A stretch of DNA of 64,000 nt from Amoebophrya sp. A120 (taxonomy: Eukaryota > Protista > Dinoflagellata). The notes below the pieces were generated by a model. It did no database searches and was not told the DNA's origin. It worked only from the letters and a program-made list of their open reading frames with translations. The first letter of the stretch is position 1. The number at the start of each line of letters is the position of its first letter. This document shows, piece by piece, positions 47,847-58,050 of this stretch. The position numbers and the translations under genes are program-made. The DNA lies in the NCBI GenBank assembly GCA_905178155.1, contig CAJINV010000008.1:1798001-1862000 (forward strand), in the 5' to 3' direction.

Positions 47847-50800
47847 TCACGCTGCCGCGCTGATCTTGGAAAGGATTTCCCGGGTTTCGCTCTTCAGGTT
47901 TTCTGTCGCAAGCATTTCCGTAATGGTTTTCTGCACCTTCGTTGCAAACTCTTCGGTGATCTTGGTCTTGCACTCAAACGCCCGCGAGAGTCGTGCGGCG
48001 ACCTGCCCGTTGCCGTAGTTGTCCAGCGCGAGGATCTGTTTCTTCACAAAATCCCTACCTTGATCGCTGTGGAAGAGCTTGATGTTTCGAATCGCCGAGC
48101 CGACCACTGACCGAAATCGGTTCGGATTGGAAACGGTAAACTCCGGGTGCTTCGTCAAAGCCGCAACCTGGGGAATGGCATAGGTTGTTCAATCACAATC
48201 TGAATCTTCGTTTTTCAACTGCATCAAACATTTCAGTTTATTTTTCCAGTCACTTCACTAAGCAGGTCCAAGTGGAGGTGGAGGTGCCCAACAAGAATAA
48301 ACAGAGACATTATGCAATAACTGCCCGTGCTTAAGCATGCAATTGGCGTACCTGATCAAAATTGCTTGAGAACGCCGCCTGCAAGGCGAACCACTTGTCC
48401 ATCACTGGACCGGAGCCTATCCTGAGTAAAAACGTACCCACACCAGAGTCAGGATGAGGATTTTGCAACACAAACCTAGGAGCTTTGTGAGTCACGCATG
48501 ACAAGTTTCAGTCCGTAAGGTAGTGCAACTTAGCAAGGAAAGCCGCATCACAAATCGACCTGCTGATCCTGTTCACAGCATCACAAATTCCAAAACACGA
48601 TTGAAAATGCCTGTCATGGGGATGCGCATTACAAGTCTTCCTGTCTTTGCAAATCTGCATGACAACTCTGGTGTGGGTACGTTTTTACTCAGGATAGAGC
48701 CGGATTTTTTCGCAAACTCGAAGAAGTCCGCCTGTGCCTTGGCCTGTTTGTTCTGCTCCACCAGGACCCGGAAGGCGGCAACGCGCTCCGTCATGGTCTG
48801 CGCAGCGAAGTACTGCTTCTCCGCCAGCTCTGGGTCTTGCAAAAGACCAAGCAGCGCGTTCTTCAGCAATCGGCTTCCGATCGCCTCCTGGGAAAGCGAG
48901 AAGCCGCTTGTCGTTGTGGCCTTCAGCGTGGCTTGATACCTGGTAGGGAGCAGAGGTTTTATTGCAAAATCCAATGAAAGAATCATGAATATAGGAACGC
49001 GAATTTTCTTCGCTTTGTTACTCTGCTAGGTAAGTAAGTACTTACTTCGCATTCGCAAGATTTTTCTTTCCATGTGGCCGCTCTGTGGTGCAGTAGACAA
49101 AAATGCATAGAAGATGCACTACCACTGCAAGTGCTCGTGTTGCGATACAAAAACATTCCGAGAAGTACAAGCTGTACAGAATGGATGCTGCCAAGTGCAA
49201 CTTACAGCTATTCGAGATCAAGAATCAAGTATTTCTGCATTATACCTTTGCTTAATCTCCTTTCCCAATTTCTGCACGATCTTTTCCCGCACCAGCTCGA
49301 CGCTTTTGTCCAGCAGGATTGGATATGAAATGCAAAAGTGTCTGGGTCTGGAAGATTCTGAGAGTTGGCATGCACGTTTAGCATGAGCCGTGATGTTTGT
49401 GATGCAGGCCCTAGCATGACAGATTTTCTGAGGACTTCTTGATGCCTATCCTGCATGAGAAATGTCCTCTCCACGTGGCAAAAACCTGACTCCTATTGCT
49501 TGTCATGCAACACATCTTTTTTTAGAATCCAAAAATAGCATCACAAGTTGCATCCTTCGAGACCCAGACATATTTGCAATGCATATCGGATCCACCTTCG
49601 ACCCGTAGCCCACCATGAGTCCGCTCACATCCGGCAATGCCAGTGTCTTCCCGAGCGCCAGCGCGGAAGAGGATTTGTCGTCCAGCAAAAATTTTATCGA
49701 CTGGAGCAGGTAGTCAAGTTTCTCCGTGACGCTGCTTTTGTTTTTCTCGTCCAGATAGGCTGCCTTCCCCTGGCTGTTCTCGTACACGTCGTAGATGACT
49801 TTGGTGCAGAGTGCGTCGAACGCGTTGTACTTGCAGTACATGTCCGTGTCGAACGCCGCCAGGGAGGACAACTCCTTCACCGTGTAATCGTAGTAGAGCT
49901 TGATGGGCGCGCCGAAACCACGATTCAAAGACGGCACCACATCATCAAACTCAACGCCGGGGGGGAGCTGTGTGTTAGTGCTTGATATGCACACTCTTGC
50001 TTTAAGATTAAGGTCTTTTTTCGCTACTTATCGTGCCGGAACTTCCAACCATGAATGAATCTCCACCGGAAAAGACGTGCCAAGAAGCCGATAAAGAAAC
50101 AAAAAGAATAAGATCAAATATCCTAAACCCTAAGACCCTCAAAACCCTATCGACGCTGGTGTCGGACAGGGGCGGAAACAGGACGTAGATCGTAGGGAAG
50201 AAGATGTGGCGGAGGGGCGTAGGACGGCCTGATCAGAGAAAGCGCGCAAAACGCATGTTCTGAACCTAAAAATACTATGTGAATATACCCAACCCGAAAA
50301 AGATAATACGACACCGGAAGGTGTCGCGCCCCAATCCCAAAAAATTACTGCTTGGTGCCAGTAGGGCCCAGGGAAAAACAAAAGGCAAACAAGAGGAAGG
50401 CAAGGTAAAATCTACTTTCAAAAAGCGCTAGTAAGCCTTGTGCTCTGATCCGTCCGGGCGTGCACTCCCATCTGGTTCTAAAGCTTCAGCAGTGCTGAGA
50501 GCGCTCCGACCCTAAACCTCAAGGCAAGCCAAGAGATCTACGTACGTATGCGCACGAGCAAGGCAGGAATATTGCCTGATGTGGGCGAATATTCCTAACT
50601 AAAATCAAAAACGACACTCGTACCGGAGGTACACCTCAACGGAATCGATACGAGCTACAAATCGAAAAAGAATAAGAAAGACTGTGTTCCAACACGGCAT
50701 AATAAGTCATAAGTACCTCAACGACCACCGAGCCGGTTTTGTCCGTGAGGTGAAACACCTCCAAGTTCGCGTCCCCGGCGGGGTAGATCTGCTTGCCCGT

Positions 50801-52849
50801 CTTCGCGTGCAGCAACGCGAACGACACCGGGATGTGCAAAATTTCCGTGACTGCGGCGGCCGTCCCGACGGTTTTCACCGGGCCCTGCGTGAACTCCAGC
50901 TCGAACCGGCTCCCGGTCGAGCGCTCGCGGCACTTCTGGACCTTGACCTCCGGCGTGCCCTTGGTGCTGAGCCACTTGGAAAAGAGGTCCCAGTCGATCT
51001 CCTTGCCGAGCTCCTTGCCGCCCAGCTTCATGCTGTGCAGGAAGTCGTCGCAGGTGGCCGCGGTGCCGTCGAAGAGCTCGAAGTACTTCTTCATGCCCCG
51101 CTTGAAGCCCTCCTCGCCCAGAATCGTCCAGTACATGCGAATCACCTCCGCGCCCTTTTCGTACACCGTGGCGGTGTAAAAGTTGTCGATCTTCTCGTAG
51201 CTCTCCGGGCGGATGGGGTGCGACAGCGGCCCGCTGTCCTCCACGAACTGCATCTCCAGCATGTCTTGCACCTGGTCGATGCGCTTCGTGTCCTTCATCA
51301 GCCCCACGTGGGTGGAGAACGTCTGGTCCCGAAACACGGTGAGCCCCTCCTTGAGCGTGAGCTCAAACCAGGACCGGCACGTGACGCGGTTGCCCGTCCA
51401 ATTGTGGAAGTACTCGTGCGCGACCACGGACTCGATGCGCTCGTAGTCCGCGTCGGACGCCTCTGTAGGCGAGGCGAGGATCAGCTTCTCGTTGAACACG
51501 TTTAGCGACTTGTTCTCCATGGCGCCCATGTTGAAGTCCTTCACGGAGACGATGTTGAAGATGTCCAGGTCGTATTCGAGTTCGAACATGTCCTCGTCGA
51601 ACTTCATGGCCTTGATCAGGCTGTCCAAACTGTGCCGCAGCAGGTGCTTCACGCTGTCCTCCGCGTACACCCGCAGCGTCACCGTTCGGGGCTTGAAGTT
51701 CCCGGAGGACACAAACTTTCCCTGGGTGGTAAACTTGTCCTCGATGTACGCCAGGCGGCCCGCGACCAGGGCGAACAGGTAGGCGGGTTTCTTGTGCGGA
51801 TCTTCGTAGACGGCGTAGTGGCGGGTTTTGTCGGTGGGCAAAGTTCCCTCTTCGACCAGATTCCCGTTCGACAGCAAGACCGGGCAGGCCTCCTTGTCCG
51901 CCTCGATCCGCACCGTGTACTTGCTCATCACGTCCGGCCGATCGAGGAAGGGCGAAAATTTCCGGAACCCCTCGGCCTCCATCTGGGTGCAATGGAGATA
52001 AGACTTGTCGGCGAGTTGCGTCAAGTACAACCCCATGCAGGTTTTGTTCGCGTCCGGGTTGAACTCCACGACGGTCTTCAGCTTCGTCGACGTCTGCGCC
52101 TCCGTCTTCAGCAGCCGGTCCTCCAGAATTTCCAGTTTCCGCTCGTCTCCGGACCCGGAGAACGCGTAGTCCACGCTCGGGGACAGAATGACCGTTTCCC
52201 CATTGTCTTCTTGCAGCACCGAAATTTCCTTCACGTCCAGCATGGCATCGCAGTCCAGCACCAACGGCGAGGGACGCTTGTTCCCGCCGCCCAAGTTCCT
52301 CTCCAAACTGAGAACCGCCTCGACGACGGTCTTTTCCGGACCGAACAGCTTTACCGTCAGGGCGACGTTCGGCACCCAGAAATTCGGAGGCTTATAGTCC
52401 TTGCGGTAGAAGGTCACCGCCTCCTCCTTCTTGTCCGGCTTGGCGACGGATCCCATGGTGCGTGTTGTAGAGGTGCGCGCTAGTAGGTTTGAGAAGCTCA
52501 GATCACTTTTGTGAAATAAATCTGGGTTCGTAAATAAATTTGAGGAAAGAAAGGAAGAAGAAGTAGTACTTCTAATTTGCTTTCTGCTTGTACTATTGGA
52601 TAAAGGGAGGTGAAGTAGCAGGTCGCTGAGTTGTGAAGAAGGAGCAATAGAAGAAGTATTGCGTGTGCTCGTTTGTTGTGAAGGGCAAAGAGATTGTGGA
52701 TATGGAGCAGTTGCAAATCGACATAGAAATAAGTGTTGTTGCGATGATAGAAAATTTCGTCGAAAGTAACTTGTTGACCTAGAGGTATTGAGTAGTTGTG
52801 ACTCTAGCTTCGGGGTAGAAACAGCAAGCTTCCGACTGATGCTGAGCAT
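47847..52849 (-). CDS. pepN: M1 family aminopeptidase N with N-terminal targeting-like extension, multi-exon
   Basis: TQMEAEGFR, FNMGAMENK, HEYFHNWTGNRVT...LKEGLT, NFYTATVYEKGAEV, PSLNRGFGAP, VMDKWFALQA and NPNRFRSV. Confidence 0.95.
48418..48696. mobile_element. Introner-like TIR element, family A (279 bp), perfect 32-bp TIR
   Basis: TATCCTGAGTAAAAACGTACCCACACCAGAGT is perfectly inverted at both ends. TSD GAGCC at 48413-48417 and 48697-48701. Removal gives FAKKSGS|GPVMDKWFALQA. Confidence 0.96.
49324..49585. mobile_element. Introner-like TIR element, family B (262 bp)
   Basis: TSD TTGGA/TCGGA (1 mismatch). Removal gives GSKVDPI|LLDKSVELVRE. Confidence 0.92.
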
Positions 52850-53619
52850 GATGGAGACGCACGCGACATGAGCGCGACTCGCATGCTTTTTACTCTATCG
52901 AATACATCAGCGCATCGTCTTTCTTGGCTCGGCGTTAAAGGACACCATACTTACAAACATGTTCTTCTTGCATTCTTCACAATGAAAAATGATGCAGCTA
53001 TTTTATACAGTACTTGGGAGGATTACGAAGACGGGCACTATTTGGTTTCAGAGGGGTTTTATCACATCACAAGCACATAGAATTGTGTATCTTTAGACCT
53101 TTGGCTGTATTTTCTGGCGTTTTTTGCAAGCTCGAGCGTTTATGACACGACAAAAATTCATTGGAAAAAGCAAGTCAGATCCTTTGCCAAATTCATGAGC
53201 AACGTGGTGCACAACACAACTACTGGCATGGGGTTGCATCAAATGCATCGAGAGTGGATCCTCGCTTCCGTGTGAATCACAAAACGCTTTCTCAGCACCG
53301 CAATCTATGTCCATAGAAAAAAATGACGAACAGAACTACTGATGAAACAAATTACTTTCGACGCTGCCACCATTGTGCCCAGCGCGTGCTTGTTGCAGCG
53401 ACGCGTGCGTTTCAAAAATTGACTCTTCAGCAGGCATTTTTCTAGAAGCATGTGGCTTTATTTTTTTTGTATATCTGGTTCCAATTGCATTCCGGCCGCA
53501 CAAAAACTATTTTACAAGGGATAGACGGACTTTTTTCCGTCGCATTTTTGCAATGCGTATGTTCAGAGCGTTGGCCTCAATTTACTTATACACTAATGCT
53601 ATCTGTGACTCGGTCAATC

Positions 53620-56600
53620 TTACAAGGACCCCTTGCTTCTCGTCTGCACGACGGTTTTTTCCTTCTGATCTAGCATGAGCATCGTCTCTGCCAGCACTTT
53701 CTGCATTCTTTTGAGGTCCTCTCGACTCCTTTTGTTGAAGCGCTCCAGGTCCAGCTTCGAGCCGGTACTACTCAATCCGTTCGAGGAAACCACAGCCTCG
53801 ATTGGTAACTCGGGCTTTAGTACTGCCCTCTGCGCTTTGCCATTCCGGCGCCCACCTCCTCGAACGTCACCACTCCGTTGCTCCGGACTCCGGCTCCGCT
53901 GGTCTGGCACCGCATCTCTGTTCTTCAGCCGCGTCCACAAAGCCGCGGTCGCGCTGGGTGCGGTTTTCAAAAACTCTGGCGAGGCTGTCCGCGGAGGGTT
54001 TTCTGCCGTTTTAATAGTTCGATGCCCATCTTTACTGTGCAGGTTGTCCTGAAGATTGTCTCCCTGTTCATCGTGGAGTTCCGTTGAAAGCAACTGGTCT
54101 ACTTTCACCATATCGTAGTCTCCTTCTTCTGCTGGATCGGACGATGGTGATATCAAGTCTGGCGGGTCGCCACGAGCTGAATGCTTCTGAACGGAAGATG
54201 CTGCCTCTGCTATCTTCCTTTTCCTTGCGCCCGTCGTATTCATTCCGGGGGAAATGAGCAAGGTCGGAGGTTTCTGTATTGCTGCATTCCCCCCGTGGTC
54301 CAGCGTTCGTGTAGCCGCACCACGTCCGTCCCGGCGCACTTGCAGGAAGCGCGGCATAGGAATTTGAGCATCTTTCAGGTTGTTCTGTTGGCACCGCGAG
54401 AAGATATCAGCCGATGCAGATGGAGGTTTCGCAGCTAAAGTTGTTGTAGTTCCTACACCGCTGGCGTCATGAAATGCTTTCTGTGAAGCTGAGCTTTTTC
54501 CCGTGTGATAGAAATAGCCACCGCTGTTGTTCCCGACGAAGCTACCCAAAAGTTGGTGAAACACGAGCTGCAGCGCCTTCGTTAGCGTTTTGATGGAGCT
54601 GAGCAACTCCGCCGTCAGTTGCTCTTGCTGCTGAATACGGGGTTCGAGGAATACTCCCTTGAAATTCACGATTTCGGGCTTGTAGTACAGGTGCGACGCG
54701 GTCGGGACGGCAGGGTTCGTGGTTCCTGGCACCGCAAAATTCAGATTTACTCCAGCGACGCTTGCCCCACCAAGCAGTGTTCCAGGCGGAGCACCTTGAT
54801 GTTGCGCGAAAAAAGCTGCCAAGGCTTGCGCCTGCACTTCCGGCGTGAGACCTGCGACAAATAAATTCTGCTGGGGTAGTTGCGAGGTTGCACTGGCAAC
54901 GGCTGCGGCTGGACCACCCTCAGGACCGTCTTCCTTCTTCTCTCCCGCCGTGATCAGAATGTTCGGATCACTTACCACCAGAGGCTCCTTCGCCGCAGGC
55001 TTTCTTTTCTTCTTTGCATCGCTCGAGCCCTTAATAGCGACGTTCTGCTTTTCGGCGGTCATCTCCCTCTTCTCAGCGTCGGCTTCCACCGTATTTGTTG
55101 TGCTGTCAGCATTCCCTTTACCGGGCACAGCGTTGTTGCTTGCCCTGTTCTTTTTCTTCCGTGAAAACAGTCCTGTTGGGTCGGCGTCTGCGTCGCTGGA
55201 CTGGTTCCCCAGGTCGAAGTCCGAGGAGATCTCGCGGACCACCCCTGTCTCCGGCAGAGGTGGCATCTTCTCCTGCTCGCTGTTTTCGATACTCGCCAAG
55301 CGGCTCATCATGCTTGCACCACCGAACGTGATGGGCCCGTTGCTGGCACCAGCTCCAGCAAAGTTGCTGGCACTGCCAGAAAGAACCCCGCCCATGTTCA
55401 TCTGACTCTGCATGCGCTGCATTAGCTCCATCTGTGACGCGGGCAGGCCCATGCCCCCGGGACTAAAGCTAAAGGCTCCGTCCGGGCCAGCACCGCGCTC
55501 GGAAATGACGCTCGACGCGCTAAGTCTTCGCATCTCGTTCACGGAAACTCGGCGCGGAGAGGGGATGCCGCTCGGGGCGACGGAATTGGCGAGCGAGTTG
55601 CTGTTGTTCATGTTAAACGAAGACCTCCGCTGGAAAAACGGGTGCTGCTTGTTTTCCAAACCACCCGCATTGTTCTCGAACGATTGCTGCCCCCCGCTCA
55701 TGGAAGAACCACCAACTGGAAAAGAGCTTCGCGCCCCCATAAGCTGCATTCCGTTTCCCAAATCGTCCGCACTGGCAGCGCTTTTGTCGAAGTTCGCGAA
55801 GGTTTGGCGCTGTTTCGTGAGTTGGCTGTCGACCGAGCCGCGGCGGTGGTTCATGCTGTCTTGCCGCTGCACGTGGAAACTGTTGCGCCGCGACAAGGCC
55901 GAAGGCTGCTGCTGCTGGCCGTTGTTCTCAACCGTCCCTCGCGTTGAGGAGGGCACCACGCGCCGGCCGCTGCCGTTGTTGCCCAGCCCGCGTTTATGGG
56001 GAGAGGCGGCTGCAAGCTTCTTCATTTCCTCCATTTTCTGCTGAAATTCCAGCCGCATCTCGTCCATCTTCTCAGCCACCTCTTCGCGGACCTGCACCAC
56101 GCTATCGAGAATCTGCTTGCCTTCCGTGCGCATCTTCGTCATCTCGTCGCGAAACCCACCGCGGATCTCGCGCAGGAACCCGGCGGTCTGGGCGGCGACC
56201 GATTTCGTCCCGCCACCCGTCCCGGCTTGTCCCGGGCCGGCATCCAAAATCACGGACACCTTCGCTTCCATCGCCTGCGAACGCTTCAGCTGGGAACTAG
56301 CTTCCTGCATAATTTTGTCCTGGTCTCGCTCCACGTGTTTCACCTTGGATAGGGTTGGTAACTCGCTTTTGCGTTCCCGAGGGCACCCCACGGCCCGCGG
56401 CGACTTGTTGACGTCTATGCACGCATTTTCATGAACCGCTTGATTATATACTGCATCATTAAGTCCTTCTCGTTTACCGAAACGCTTGCGTTGTATCTAT
56501 CAAGCAGCACCAGTCTATTTCAAACCTTATCAACGAGATCTGCCATGCGTTCCTGCACTTTGCTGCTCTGCTTCTCGGTTTTTTCCAGCTTCTCCCCCGT

Positions 56601-57551
56601 CCTTTCGATAAAGTCGTCGAGCACCTCCCGGTCCGCAAATTCGCCCAGCCGCGCAAAGAGCATGTCTTGGTTTTCCCGAATTTTTTCCACCTGCTTCTTC
56701 TGCTGCTCTTGCCGTTTTTCGTTCAACTCTCGTTCTTTTTCCAGCTGATGCTTCACGTCAGTGATCGCGGCTTTCAACTCTTGCACCTCCTCTTCATTCT
56801 TCGTTTCCTTCTCCTGCAAAAGCCGGATCTCTGCTTCCAAAGGTGCAACTTTAGTCGTCAGAAGCCGGTCTTCTGCAGCTTCTAGCGCCTCTTTTGCTCG
56901 CGATGTCTCTGCCTCCAGGTCAGCGCGGGTCTGGTGTTTTTATTTTCGTGATATGGGACTGTAGCTTTACTTCGCAACTCCACTGGCAGTGGCATGATAG
57001 ATTTTCTTTGCAATATCCTTAAAAAACTCCTTATGTACGTCATCGAGTTTTCGATTCGTGGTTTCCTGCTTCTCCTCCACGTCATGCAACTCTGCGAGGC
57101 GATTGACGCAAGCCGTCAAGTCCTTTACGACGGGTGCGTTCAACTCCAACACCAAGGACCTGAGTTTCGCCTTATGCTAGCGCCCCGTCGGAAATCGACT
57201 ACAAAAGGAAAATTTCTACGCCACACACAAAAAATTATATCCGTGTTGCAATTGAGGCAACTGATCAAAATTGTCAACGTGACTAGACTGCTGGACGGGT
57301 TTGCTGAAGAGCATGACGAGAGCCCCTGTCTTACTTTTTTTTTCTTTGCTCTACACAGCATGCCCCTAGGGGTGGGAAAAATTTGTCATGCGTCGCTTGG
57401 AAAGAAGTGGCGGCTCTATCGAGAACAACGGTCGATTCTAAGCATGTCAAACTTGTTGTTTTTCCATTTTGCAAATTTCCCGGTTGACACTTCCATAGAC
57501 CTCCAGCTCGGCATACCGCAACTCCTCGGCGAAAACCTGGGCGACTGACAT
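53620..57551 (-). CDS. Hypothetical protein, N-terminal coiled coil plus long disordered region, multi-exon
   Basis: 923-aa terminal ORF plus upstream E/K/Q-rich exons (56520-56930, 56990-57170, 57453-57551) with GT-AG junctions. Confidence 0.7.
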
Positions 57552-58050
57552 CTTGTTCCCTGTGGCTCCAGCTCTTCTACTTTGTGTACTAGTGAGCGGC
57601 CCAACGTTCGTCACCGATCTTCTCGGGCGGAAGCAAATGCGGTTTAAGTTCAGATCCTTTACTCTCTCGGAGAAGTGCATATTTCTGTCTGAATTGATCT
57701 TCAACCATCCAGATGCTCTTGGGTCAGCGCATGGCCATCCCAGGAGCGCCAGTTGTACAAGCATCCCTGTATACCACAGCCAGCGAGAAATCCTCTTTCG
57801 TTTTACTTACTTAAGTACTTCGGTCAGCATCCACACGAAGAAGAACAACGAAAGCGCCAAAAACAAGCACTATTAGAATCAACAGCCACACGTCAACTAC
57901 CTGGAAACGGGGCAACGCTCCAGGTTCGTGGTCGAACTAAGCTCCATTCTCAAAGCTAGTTTCCTTGTTTTCGGAATGTAACTGTGTTCTCAAGGATAAG
58001 AAAATTGCAGCTGCTGCTCCTGGTATTCAATAAAACGGCATAACATATGC

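Noticed and set aside
5826-49585. Short ORFs inside the elements as a transposase
   Set aside because: The elements are under 330 bp, their ORFs are not conserved in frame between copies, and no DDE or recombinase motif was seen.
50120-50150. Interstitial telomere-like CCCTAAA repeats in a pepN intron
   Set aside because: Only 3-4 degenerate units, compatible with chance.
50684-52483. Long plus-strand ORFs opposite pepN (and similar ones opposite other genes)
   Set aside because: They are antisense shadows of GC3-rich coding sequence.
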